64,000 nucleotides of DNA from Bacteroidota bacterium (GTDB taxonomy: Bacteria; Bacteroidota; Bacteroidia; Chitinophagales; BACL12). Where the stretch lies: assembly GCA_016706865.1 (NCBI GenBank), contig JADJIS010000002.1:1236720-1300719 (forward strand). Direction: 5' to 3'. Position numbers and translations under genes: made by a program. The notes under the pieces are model-generated. The model had not been told where the DNA came from and did no database searches. It was given only the letters and a program-made list of their open reading frames with translations. Shown piece after piece: positions 19,964 through 30,024 of the stretch (the first letter of the stretch is position 1; each line of letters opens with the position of its first letter).

Positions 19964-20215
19964 AGTGGTTTTTTTGGTAAAATAACGACAAATTTCATAG
20001 GTAAATTTAAATATTTAAGGGGTCGGAGTAATATGTCATTTCAATGACCTTTTGGATAATATTAATATTGAGCTAACTCCAGGAAATTATGATAACTTAA
20101 AATTTATTCAATTTTCTAAAAATACCATTTTCTGCAAAAAATGTAGAAATATGCCTTTTGGCATGAAAAAAAGTAATCAAAATTTGGAAAATCGTTCATT
20201 TCTTGCATTATTTGC

Positions 20216-20737
20216 ATGCCACAATCAAACCTTTTAAGTATGCAGCTCGACGAATTGGATTACAAAGTTTTGGAATTATTGATCAAAGACGGCAGGAAAA
20301 GTTTTACTGAATTGGCAGAAGAACTCAATGTGTCCGTCGGCACAGTTCGCAACAGGTTTAATTTATTTGTAGAGGAAAATCTTCTGACCATAATTGGGCG
20401 CGTAAATCCTGAAAAAATTGGATTTCATACTTATGCCCAAATTTTAATAAAAGTGCGACCGGTGGATAGAGTTTCGGAAGTGGCTGAACGCATAGCAACT
20501 TTGCCCGAGGTGAGTTTTCTAGCTATGACTACCGGAGCATACGACCTCGAGGTTAATGTAATGTGCCGTGATAACGATCATCTGGTGCAGTTAATGACTA
20601 CCCAGATCACCAAAATGGATGGCATTTATGAAAGTTCCACTAATATTTATTTCAAAGTATATAAATATGCTCAACCCGATCTTTATCTGCTGAAATCAAA
20701 AGAAGATATGCAGGCAATTGATCAGGTTGAGGAGTAA
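20216..20737 (+). CDS. Lrp/AsnC-family transcriptional regulator (the start is probably MQLDELD at ~20240)
   Basis: LDELDYKVLELLIKDGRKSFTELAEELNVSVGTVRNR HTH followed by a RAM-like C-terminal domain. Confidence 0.9.
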   Translation: MPQSNLLSMQLDELDYKVLELLIKDGRKSFTELAEELNVSVGTVRNRFNLFVEENLLTIIGRVNPEKIGFHTYAQILIKVRPVDRVSEVAERIATLPEVSFLAMTTGAYDLEVNVMCRDNDHLVQLMTTQITKMDGIYESSTNIYFKVYKYAQPDLYLLKSKEDMQAIDQVEE

Positions 20738-20776
20738 TATATTTTTGATTACCCGATAATATTAAAACCTGATCTT

Positions 20777-23700
20777 ATGATTAAACAATCACACAAATTT
20801 CTGATTGTATTGCTGTTGCAATTTACTTTCGTATCTATTTTTTCTCAAACAACAATTACAGGCGTTGTGAGAGATTCATTAACAAACGAAACGCTTGTTG
20901 GCGCAAATATCCGTTTGCAAAGTGATCCTACTGTAGGCGCAGGAACAGATATAGATGGCGCCTTTACTTTATCATCACCTGTTGCATCCGGGAAACTTAT
21001 AATTTCTTTTGTAGGATATAAAACAAAAGAAATTAATTTTTCAGGCCCAGGGAATTTGAATATTGTTTTGCGATCGGAAAGTGCTCTCGATGAAGTGATA
21101 GTTGTAGGATACGGCACGCAAAAGAAAAGTGATATCACAGGATCTATTTCCTCCACAAAAAATGAAGAATTCGCCGATCAGCCCATTTCAAATATAGCCG
21201 GAAGTATACAGGGAAAAGTTTCGGGAATTGATATTCGAAATGCTTCCGGAACACCAGGTGCGGGTTTATTGGTAAGTGTTAGAGGACAAAATAATCCACT
21301 TTATGTGGTGGATGGAATTCCCATGATAAGTGAAAGTAATTCCTCCATTTCCACTTCTTTTGATCTGCAGGGAAATTCCGTTGGAAACGGACAGAATATT
21401 AGTTCTATTTCTGACATTAATCCTGACGATATTGAATCCATAGAAATATTAAAAGATGCATCCGCTGCTTCTATTTATGGAGCTCGTGCAGCTAACGGAG
21501 TAATTTTAATTACCACAAAAAGAGGTAAGGCCGGTAAAACAAATTTTAGTTTGAATTATTATACCGGAATTCAACAGGTAAGCAGGCCAATTGATTTTTT
21601 AAGTTCAGAAGAATTGGTTGATCTGATAAATGAGGCCCGTTTAAATGATCTAAATGCATACAATGCCGATCCAACTATTTTCGGGGAGGATTATGATCCT
21701 GCATTGTCGACAAATGAATTACCGGAAAGTTGGAATACAGGTGTTAACACAAACTGGATGGATGAAATTTTTCAAAATGCACCTATTAACGACATTGAAT
21801 TTTCGGCATCAGGTGGAAATGATAAAACAACTTTTTTTATCAGTAATTCCTATTTCGATCAACAGGGAATTGTAATTGAATCATTTTATAAAAGATATTC
21901 CAGCAGATTAAATCTTGATCATAAGATCAACGATAAATTTTCGATGGGTGAAAATCTTTCCCTCAGCTTTTCCAATAACAGAAGAAGTTTAAACGATAAT
22001 GTTTATACAGGAACAGTTACAAATGCTATAGGAGCCTCTCCATTAATGCCTGTATATGATGAGGATGGAAATTATGCGAACTTCGAAGATTATCAGGCGA
22101 GCTGGTTAAGTGATAATCCTGTTTTATCTACAAAAGAAATAATTCCCGGAACAAAAAGTTTCCGCACTTTGGGAAGTGTTTTCGGGGAATATAAAATAAC
22201 CCAACAATTAAAATTCAGAAGTACCTGGAGCATTGATTATACCAATTTAAGTGATGATATTTATTTTAGTCCTTTAACTACCGATGCAGAAACAGTTGGT
22301 GGAAAAGCCACTAATAGCAATTTTACACAAACAGTTTGGCTGGGCGAAAATATTTTGAGTTACGATAAACCATTAAATAATAAAAGTGCAATAAATGCAA
22401 TTGCAGGATTTACACTACAGGAATCGAACAGCGATTATTTAAGTATCAGTGGTCAGGGATTTCCTATTGGAACAGATCTGCAGGATGTTTCCAGTGCTGC
22501 ATTAATTACAGGTGGAGAAAGTTTTTCCAGCAGATGGGCGCTTGTTTCTTTTTTGGGAAGAGTTAATTATAATATACAAAGTAAATATTTATTTTCACTG
22601 AGTGCGAGAGCAGATGGATCTTCTCGTTTTTCACCGGAAAATCAATTTGGATTTTTTCCCGCAGGATCCGCAGGGTGGCATATGAGCGATGAAACTTTTT
22701 GGCCAAGTGCATTATTTATTTCTGATCTGAAATTAAGAGCGAGTTATGGTATTACAGGTGATCAGGAGATTGGAAATTATCAATATATTTCATTTTGGTC
22801 GCCGGTGGGTTACAACGGACAATCAGGAGTTGGTCCTCGTAATTTAGCAGATGAAAATTTAAAATGGCAAACAAATAAAATGCTCAATATCGGTATCGAT
22901 TATGAATTGTGGGAAGGAAGAATTAGTGGGTCACTGGAATATTATAAAGGTAATAAAACTGATCTGCTAAGTGAAGATGTTATTCCCGGAACTACAGGTT
23001 TTGGAAGCATAACCAGAAATTATGGAAATATAGAAAACAGTGGAGTGGAATTATCTGCCAATGCATATTTAATTGACAGAAAAGATTTTGATTGGTCGTT
23101 CTCCTTTAATATCAGTTATTTACATAATGAAATTATTGATCTTAGTACGGATAGTATTTTAATTAGTGCGTATAATGATCTTACCTCGACACATATTTTA
23201 GCAGAAGGGCAACCTGTAGGATCTTTCTGGGGTGTTCCTTACGAAGGTGTTGATCCTGAAACCGGTGATCCAATTTATACCGATACAAATGGTGATGGAA
23301 TTATTGATGATGATGATGCAGTTATTATTGGAAAGGCCACACCTGATTTTTATGGAGGCTTTAGCACCAATGTAAAATATAAAAAATTCGATCTGGGAAT
23401 TGCAGCAACCTTTACCATTGGAAATGATGTGTATAATTTGATAAGATCAACATATCAAACAGGTGGATGGAGTGATTATGGATGGGATGAGGATTATTTT
23501 TTATATCAGGTGTATGCAAATAATTCGCATGTAATTGACGATCGCTGGCAACAACCGGGTGATGTTACGGATATTCCGCGAGCATCTTTATTTAATTATA
23601 ATTATTATTCCAACTCCTCACAAAGTATTGAAGATGGATCGCATTTACGTATTCGTGAAGTGAGTTTAGGGTATACTATCAAACCTGCAAATACGAATTT

Positions 23701-23878
23701 ATATCAGAGTTTGAGGGTGTATGTGCAAGTTCAAAATGCATACATATTTACAAAATATACAGGATTTGATCCTGAGGTGAGTTCCACCGGTGGTGGCGCC
23801 CCACAAACAGCAGGAGTTGATTATGCGGCTTATCCGCAGGCGAGAACATATATGCTGGGATTTAACTTTAAATTTTAA
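20777..23878 (+). CDS. SusC/RagA-family TonB-dependent outer-membrane transporter
   Basis: Signal peptide, a CarboxypepD_reg N-domain (ITGVVRDSLTNETLVGANI), the hallmark VVGYGTQKKSDITGSIS, and a C-terminal ...YMLGFNFKF. Length is 1033 aa. Confidence 0.95.
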   Translation: MIKQSHKFLIVLLLQFTFVSIFSQTTITGVVRDSLTNETLVGANIRLQSDPTVGAGTDIDGAFTLSSPVASGKLIISFVGYKTKEINFSGPGNLNIVLRSESALDEVIVVGYGTQKKSDITGSISSTKNEEFADQPISNIAGSIQGKVSGIDIRNASGTPGAGLLVSVRGQNNPLYVVDGIPMISESNSSISTSFDLQGNSVGNGQNISSISDINPDDIESIEILKDASAASIYGARAANGVILITTKRGKAGKTNFSLNYYTGIQQVSRPIDFLSSEELVDLINEARLNDLNAYNADPTIFGEDYDPALSTNELPESWNTGVNTNWMDEIFQNAPINDIEFSASGGNDKTTFFISNSYFDQQGIVIESFYKRYSSRLNLDHKINDKFSMGENLSLSFSNNRRSLNDNVYTGTVTNAIGASPLMPVYDEDGNYANFEDYQASWLSDNPVLSTKEIIPGTKSFRTLGSVFGEYKITQQLKFRSTWSIDYTNLSDDIYFSPLTTDAETVGGKATNSNFTQTVWLGENILSYDKPLNNKSAINAIAGFTLQESNSDYLSISGQGFPIGTDLQDVSSAALITGGESFSSRWALVSFLGRVNYNIQSKYLFSLSARADGSSRFSPENQFGFFPAGSAGWHMSDETFWPSALFISDLKLRASYGITGDQEIGNYQYISFWSPVGYNGQSGVGPRNLADENLKWQTNKMLNIGIDYELWEGRISGSLEYYKGNKTDLLSEDVIPGTTGFGSITRNYGNIENSGVELSANAYLIDRKDFDWSFSFNISYLHNEIIDLSTDSILISAYNDLTSTHILAEGQPVGSFWGVPYEGVDPETGDPIYTDTNGDGIIDDDDAVIIGKATPDFYGGFSTNVKYKKFDLGIAATFTIGNDVYNLIRSTYQTGGWSDYGWDEDYFLYQVYANNSHVIDDRWQQPGDVTDIPRASLFNYNYYSNSSQSIEDGSHLRIREVSLGYTIKPANTNLYQSLRVYVQVQNAYIFTKYTGFDPEVSSTGGGAPQTAGVDYAAYPQARTYMLGFNFKF

Positions 23879-23898
23879 TTTTTTCTAAATTTAATTAT

Positions 23899-25305
23899 AT
23901 GAAAAAACAAAATATATTTTTACCAATTGGGATACTGTTTTTCCTGGTAATATTTTCATCCTGTGAAAAATTTCTGACAGAAACATCTACAAATGATGTT
24001 GCAAACGGAGATATGTTTACCGACCTTGCAAGTCTCGAAAGTGCACGAATAGGTTTATACAATACTTTGCAAAACCAATATTATTACGGCGGATATTACC
24101 AATTGTTAAGTGATGCATACAGCGATAATGGAGCAACAGGTGGATATGACAATGCAGATCTCGATGAATTTGGGTTAAAAGCGTTGACTGCTTCCAATAT
24201 ATATGTTGAAAATTGTTGGATAGCAATTTACAATACTATTTATACTGCAAATCAGATCATTACAAATATTGATGGAATTTCTGATCCGTTATTGTCAGAA
24301 GAATTAAGAAATGATATAAAAGGAGAAGCCCTGACCATACGTGCACTTGCACATTTTGATCTACTGCGCATGTGGGGAGAACATTGGGATATTACATCAC
24401 CACTTGGAATTCCGGTTGTTACATCCATTTTATCAATTGATGATGCGGCCATTCCGAGAAATACCGTAGTAGAAACTTATGATGCGATCTTAACTGATCT
24501 TTTAATAGCAGAATCAATTCTAAGTGACGATGATCTGCGTTTTGATGAACCAACATTTAAAGGCACACAATTTATATCTAAAACCGCTTGTCAGGCTTTG
24601 TTAGCAAGAACATATCAATATAAAAGTGATTATATAAATGCCGCATTTTACGGTGATCTGGTATTCGGCTCAGGACTTTTTGGCCCTTTGTCAGGGGATG
24701 AATTTTTAAGTATATATTTATCTCCTACAAATGGTGAATCCATATTTGAATTACAATTTAATGTGCAGGATAAAAGTCAATTTAATGCACTTACCTATGC
24801 AAGACCGGATGCATTAAGAAGTGAAGTTTCCTTTTTAACTTCTGAAGATCTTAAATTGTTTTTTGAAACCAGAGATGGTGATATCAGATCTCAGTTGGTT
24901 GACTTTATAGCAAATGATGTAAGTATTGAACCGGATGGCAGGTCTCAAAAGTATCGCGGAGAAATATTTCAGGATAATTCTGCTTTTATACTTCGATTTA
25001 GTGAAATGGCTTTGATTAAAGCGGAGGCAGAAGGGTTTGTTGGAGGTGGAATTGATGAGATAAATACTTTGCGCGGTCTTCGTGGTTTAGATCCCGTGGT
25101 GATAGCTAATGAAGAAGAATTTTTACAAGTTTTGATGGATGAACGCAGAAGTGAATTAAATTTTGAGGGTAATCGTTATTATGATCTGGCGCATTTCCAA
25201 TTGGTGGATGAAATATTGGGAGAAGATGTTTTACCTTGTTTCCCAATACCTGATCGTGAGATAGGTGCCAGTGGTGGTTTATTACAACAATATCCGGGGT
25301 ACTAA
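23899..25305 (+). CDS. SusD/RagB-family outer-membrane lipoprotein
   Basis: Lipobox ...IFSSCEKF. It lies immediately downstream of SusC. TPR-like composition. Length is 468 aa. Confidence 0.9.
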   Translation: MKKQNIFLPIGILFFLVIFSSCEKFLTETSTNDVANGDMFTDLASLESARIGLYNTLQNQYYYGGYYQLLSDAYSDNGATGGYDNADLDEFGLKALTASNIYVENCWIAIYNTIYTANQIITNIDGISDPLLSEELRNDIKGEALTIRALAHFDLLRMWGEHWDITSPLGIPVVTSILSIDDAAIPRNTVVETYDAILTDLLIAESILSDDDLRFDEPTFKGTQFISKTACQALLARTYQYKSDYINAAFYGDLVFGSGLFGPLSGDEFLSIYLSPTNGESIFELQFNVQDKSQFNALTYARPDALRSEVSFLTSEDLKLFFETRDGDIRSQLVDFIANDVSIEPDGRSQKYRGEIFQDNSAFILRFSEMALIKAEAEGFVGGGIDEINTLRGLRGLDPVVIANEEEFLQVLMDERRSELNFEGNRYYDLAHFQLVDEILGEDVLPCFPIPDREIGASGGLLQQYPGY

Positions 25306-25311
25306 TTAAAT

Positions 25312-26673
25312 ATGAAAAAATTCACATCTATAAATCCTTTTGATCAATCTGTAATAGCAGAATATGTTTTGTTTGATGATCAAAAATTGGATACGGTTTT
25401 ATCCTCTTCTGAAAAAGCATTTTCAGATTGGAAAAATACCTCTATCGATTTTCGCGCAGATCTTTTAAATAAAGCAGCAAAAGTTTTACGTGAGAACAGG
25501 GAAAAATATGCGATGACCATTTCATTGGAAATGGGGAAAATATTAAATGAAAGCAGGGCAGAGGTAGAAAAATGTGCATGGAATTGTACTTATTATGCCT
25601 CGCATGCAGAAAACATGATAGAAAAGGAGATCATTAAAAGTGATGCCCATAAAAGTTATGTTGTTTTTGAACCAGTAGGTTGTGTTTTTGCAATAATGCC
25701 CTGGAATTTTCCTTTCTGGCAGGTATTTCGTTTTGCAGCCCCTGCATTAATGGCGGGAAATACCATTATTTTAAAACATGCCAGAAATGTGAGCGGATGT
25801 TCTCTTGCAATTGAAAGTATTTTTCGGGAGGCCGGATTTCCCGAACATGTATTTCAATCTGTAATCGTAGATAGCAGTGCCATGGAAAAAATAATATCTC
25901 ACGATATAATTCAAGGAGTAACTTTAACGGGCAGTGAAATTGCAGGTAGTTCTGTGGCATCCATTGCAGGTAAACATATTAAAAAAACCGTGATGGAATT
26001 AGGAGGTTCCGATCCGCTTATAGTTTTAAAAGATGCCAATATAAAAAATGCTGCAAAAATTGCAATTCAATCGCGATTTCAGAATGCAGGTCAAAGTTGT
26101 ATCGCTTCCAAACGATTTATTGTTGAAAGTGAATGTAAGGTCGACTTTATAAATGCAATACTCGATGGAGTAAATAAATTAAAACAGGGCAATCAATTAT
26201 CGGAAGAAACTACCACCGGGCCAATGGCTAAAATTGATCTGGCTGAGCAATTGGAACAACAAGAAATTCAATCGGTAAAACTAGGTGCCATTATTACCAT
26301 GGGTGGAAAAAGGTCGGGAGCAAATTATCAACCAACTATTTTAGAAAATATTCAACCTGGAATGCAAGCTTTTGATGAGGAATTATTTGGGCCTATAGCA
26401 AGTATAATTGAAGCACGCGATGAAATGCACGCGATCGCCATTGCAAATAATAGCAGATATGGATTGGGTGCAACCTTATTTACGGAAGATCTTGAAAAAG
26501 CACAATTATTAGCACGAAAAATAAATGCAGGAGGAGTATTTATAAATGCCATGGTAAAATCTGATCCCCGTTTGCCCTTTGGTGGAATTAAAAAATCGGG
26601 ATATGGAAGGGAGCTGTCGCATTATGGGATGAAGGAGTTTATGAATATTAAAACGATTTTTTTGAACAATTGA
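25312..26673 (+). CDS. NAD(P)-dependent aldehyde dehydrogenase, short succinate-semialdehyde-dehydrogenase-like type (453 aa)
   Basis: MELGGSDP (catalytic Glu) and [12 protein letters not shown] (catalytic Cys). Confidence 0.9.
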   Translation: MKKFTSINPFDQSVIAEYVLFDDQKLDTVLSSSEKAFSDWKNTSIDFRADLLNKAAKVLRENREKYAMTISLEMGKILNESRAEVEKCAWNCTYYASHAENMIEKEIIKSDAHKSYVVFEPVGCVFAIMPWNFPFWQVFRFAAPALMAGNTIILKHARNVSGCSLAIESIFREAGFPEHVFQSVIVDSSAMEKIISHDIIQGVTLTGSEIAGSSVASIAGKHIKKTVMELGGSDPLIVLKDANIKNAAKIAIQSRFQNAGQSCIASKRFIVESECKVDFINAILDGVNKLKQGNQLSEETTTGPMAKIDLAEQLEQQEIQSVKLGAIITMGGKRSGANYQPTILENIQPGMQAFDEELFGPIASIIEARDEMHAIAIANNSRYGLGATLFTEDLEKAQLLARKINAGGVFINAMVKSDPRLPFGGIKKSGYGRELSHYGMKEFMNIKTIFLNN

Positions 26674-26691
26674 GAATTGGTTCATAGTCAA

Positions 26692-26789
26692 CAGTGGGCA
26701 GTGGGCAGTGGGCAGTGGGCAGTGGGCAGTGGGCAGTGGGCAGTGGGCAGTGGGCAGTGGGCAGTGGGCAGTGGGCAGTGGGCAGTGGG
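26692..26789 (+). repeat. Perfect tandem heptamer array (CAGTGGG)x14
   Basis: Counted directly: 98 nt, 14 identical units, giving GGG every 7 nt on the + strand. Confidence 0.98.
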
Positions 26790-27074
26790 CAGAATTTACG
26801 CCGCAAAATTAATGTAATACTGAAAAAAAGTCAACAGTAACAGTGGGCAGTTTGTAACATTGGAAAATATTGCTTCGAATTGAACAAGATGAATAAAAAT
26901 TAATCATTAAAAAATAAAAAATAAAAATCGGATCCTAAGCTTGAAACTTATGGACATCCAAAAAAATAATATCGAATCCGCCAGTGGTCGGACAGGTATA
27001 GAACAAAGATTAAAGAACAACAAACAGATCGTAAGCCTGAAACTTTTGCAAACCATGTAAACTTATAACCAACT

Positions 27075-27130
27075 TAGAACTCAGAACCCAGAACCCAGAA
27101 CCCAGAACCCAGAACTCAGAACCCAGAACC
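27075..27130. repeat. Tandem heptamers CAGAACY (~8 copies)
   Basis: tagaactcagaacccagaacccagaacccagaacccagaactcagaacccagaacc. The same family recurs at 49551-49634. Confidence 0.9.
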
Positions 27131-27165
27131 GAAACATGTAGTGATCGACGCAGGAGATCTACTAC

Positions 27166-28494
27166 ATGTCAGAACTCAGAACAATGAAGGAATTAACAAA
27201 AACAGAATTATTACACGAACGAAGAAAAAAACTTGTACCAAACGCATTGGGAATATTTAATCCTTCGAGTGTGGTGTCGGCGAGGGGTGCAATAATTACG
27301 GATGCGGATGGAAGAAAGTTAATAGATTTTGGGGGTGGAATAGGGGTTATTAATGCGGGACATTGTCCGGCGCCTGTGGTTAAGGCAATTCAGGAACAGG
27401 CGGAAAAATTTCTGCATACCTGTTTTAATGTTTCTATTTACGAACAATATTTGGATGCGGCGGAGAAATTAATTTCTTTAATTCCACATGGAGAGAATAC
27501 AAAAGTGATGTTTACAAATAGTGGTGCGGAAGCGGTGGAGAATGCCATTAAAATTGCACGACAGGCAACAAATCGATCTGCAATTATATGTTATTCGCAG
27601 GCATTCCATGGAAGAACATTATTAGCTTCAACTCTTACAAGTAAAGTAGGATATAAAACAGGATTCGGACCTTATGCACCTGAAATTTATAGAATAGATT
27701 TTCCGGCCTATTCGTATTTTAAAGGTTATGCAACGGAGGATGAAGTAAGTCTTGTGCATATTCATAAATTAAATGATTTTTTTAATACGTATGTGCCGGC
27801 AAAAGAGGTTGCAGCAATAATTGTAGAACCAGTTCAAGGTGAAGGTGGATTTCATGTATTACCTAAAAAATATTTACAGGAATTAAGAAAAATATGTGAT
27901 GAACATGGAATACTTTTAATTCTGGATGAAATACAAAGCGGGTTTGGCAGAACAGGAAAATGGGCAGCATTTCAGCATTATGATATAATTCCTGATCTCA
28001 GTACTTGGGCAAAAAGTATGGGAAGCGGAATGCCTATAGGGGCTGTTATGGGTAAAACAGAAGTGATGGATAATATTAATGCAGGAACTATTGGTGGAAC
28101 ATTTTCCGGAAATGCAATGTGCTGTGTTGCTGTAACAGCAACGCTTAATTATATGGAGGAAATTAATATCAATGCAAAAGGAATTAAAGTGGGTGCAAAA
28201 ATTTTGGAGGCCTTTAATGCTTTTAAAGAAAAATTTCCAAAACATATTTCAGATGTAAGGGGTTTGGGTGCAATGATGGCATTTGAATTAAGTATAGATG
28301 GTAATATCACCAAACCAGATACAGAGTTATGTAAAAAACTTGTGCAGCGCTGTTATGAAAAGGGTTTGATCGTACTGAGTGCCGGTGTATATGGAAATGT
28401 GATCCGTAACCTCGCACCACTTGTAATAGAGGAGGATGATCTGTTAAAGGGATTATTAATTATAGAAGAAAGTTTGATGGAATTAACACAATAA
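27166..28494 (+). CDS. Class-III (omega-) aminotransferase, GabT-like. The true start is possibly MKELTK at 27184.
   Basis: NSGAEAVENAIKIAR, DEIQSGFGRTGKW, WAKSMGSGMPIG (PLP lysine). Confidence 0.9.
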   Translation: MSELRTMKELTKTELLHERRKKLVPNALGIFNPSSVVSARGAIITDADGRKLIDFGGGIGVINAGHCPAPVVKAIQEQAEKFLHTCFNVSIYEQYLDAAEKLISLIPHGENTKVMFTNSGAEAVENAIKIARQATNRSAIICYSQAFHGRTLLASTLTSKVGYKTGFGPYAPEIYRIDFPAYSYFKGYATEDEVSLVHIHKLNDFFNTYVPAKEVAAIIVEPVQGEGGFHVLPKKYLQELRKICDEHGILLILDEIQSGFGRTGKWAAFQHYDIIPDLSTWAKSMGSGMPIGAVMGKTEVMDNINAGTIGGTFSGNAMCCVAVTATLNYMEEININAKGIKVGAKILEAFNAFKEKFPKHISDVRGLGAMMAFELSIDGNITKPDTELCKKLVQRCYEKGLIVLSAGVYGNVIRNLAPLVIEEDDLLKGLLIIEESLMELTQ

Positions 28495-28532
28495 CTTAGA
28501 GGTATTTTGCAATTTGAGGAGGACATTAAAAA

Positions 28533-29954
28533 ATGAGAAAACAATTTATTAACGGAATTTGGGTGGATGCAAATAATGCAGGTGTTTGGGATGTGATGAA
28601 TCCCGCAACAGATGAATTAATTTGTACGATTCAATTTGGTGATGGTACAGATTGTAAGTTGGCAATAGATGCAGCGCAAAATGCATTTAAAACATGGAGT
28701 GTAATTTCACCCTGGACACGTGCTGAAATATTAAAAAATGCTGCAAATATTATCCGAAAAAATATTGCAGAATATGCCCGCGATATGGTAATGGAAAGTG
28801 GCAAACCGATTGCAGAGGCTAAGGGTGAATTAAATGTGGCAGCAAATTTATTTGAATGGTTTGCAGAGGAAGGAAAACGCAGTTATGGTAAAGTAATTCC
28901 ATCATCAAGAACCGATAAACGAATGCAGGTAATATATCAGCCAATGGGTGTGATTGGTGTAGTTACCGCTTGGAATTTTCCTGCCTATAATCCTGCAAGA
29001 GCTTGGGCAGCAGCATTGGCAGCCGGGTGTACTGTAGTAGCGAAGGTTAGTGAATATACACCTCTCACAGGAATGAATTTAATTGCTGCATTAATCGAAG
29101 CAGGAATTCCCGCAGGAGTAATTAATCTTGTAAATGGTGATGCTTCAAAGATCGGAAATGAATTGTTGAATAATATTCATGTTAAAAAAATAAGTTTTAC
29201 CGGAAGTACAAGAGTTGGGAAAATATTAATGGATGGAGCATCGCGAACCAATACAAAATTAGCGTTGGAGTTAGGTGGAAATGCACCCGTTATTATTATG
29301 GCTGATGTGGATGTGGAGCAGGTTGCAAAAACTTCTGTCAATACAAAGTTTCGAAATTGCGGACAAGTTTGTATTTCCCCCCAAAGATTTTATGTTCACG
29401 AAAATATTTATGATCAATTTCTAAAAGCAGTTGTAAAACACACAGAATTATTAAAAATAGGAAATGGGTTGGATCCGGAAACTAAATTAGGACCGCTCAT
29501 TAATAAAAATCAACAACAAAATGTTTTAAATATCATTGATCAGGCCAAAAAGGAAAATAATAAAATTTTAACCGGTGGTGATATAATGGATAAAGGAAAT
29601 TTTATTGCACCGGTAGTGATTGATGTTACTAATAATAATTCTGAATTTATAAATAAAGAAATTTTTGGTCCGGTATTGCCTTTAATTAAATTTTCCACAA
29701 AGGAGGAAGTAATTGCCAAAGCAAATGATACACCTTATGGCCTGGCTGCTTATATCTGGACCAATAATTTAAATGATGCAATTTATCTATCCGAAAAATT
29801 GGAGTTTGGAATGGTAGGGATAAATGAATGGGCACCACAGGGAACTGAGGCACCTTTCGGAGGTTGGAAACAAAGCGGATTAGGCCATGAAAGTGGAAGT
29901 GAAGGGCTGTACGAGTATTTAGAAAAAAAATTAATAAGCATAGGAAATTTATAA
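28533..29954 (+). CDS. NAD(P)-dependent aldehyde dehydrogenase, GabD / succinate-semialdehyde-dehydrogenase-like (473 aa)
   Basis: LELGGNAP (Glu), FRNCGQVCISPQRF (Cys), EEIFGP-type motif KEIFGPV. Confidence 0.9.
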   Translation: MRKQFINGIWVDANNAGVWDVMNPATDELICTIQFGDGTDCKLAIDAAQNAFKTWSVISPWTRAEILKNAANIIRKNIAEYARDMVMESGKPIAEAKGELNVAANLFEWFAEEGKRSYGKVIPSSRTDKRMQVIYQPMGVIGVVTAWNFPAYNPARAWAAALAAGCTVVAKVSEYTPLTGMNLIAALIEAGIPAGVINLVNGDASKIGNELLNNIHVKKISFTGSTRVGKILMDGASRTNTKLALELGGNAPVIIMADVDVEQVAKTSVNTKFRNCGQVCISPQRFYVHENIYDQFLKAVVKHTELLKIGNGLDPETKLGPLINKNQQQNVLNIIDQAKKENNKILTGGDIMDKGNFIAPVVIDVTNNNSEFINKEIFGPVLPLIKFSTKEEVIAKANDTPYGLAAYIWTNNLNDAIYLSEKLEFGMVGINEWAPQGTEAPFGGWKQSGLGHESGSEGLYEYLEKKLISIGNL

Positions 29955-30024
29955 ATAGGAAATTAATTTTAAGGAGTAGTCTTAGCAAACTCATTACTCA
30001 TAACTCATAACTCATTCCGATCAT

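Noticed and set aside
20052-20237. 61-aa ORF upstream of the Lrp gene, and the 66-aa ORF 63170..63370
   Set aside because: These are short, AT-rich, low-complexity translations in promoter regions with no motif or coupling to neighbours.
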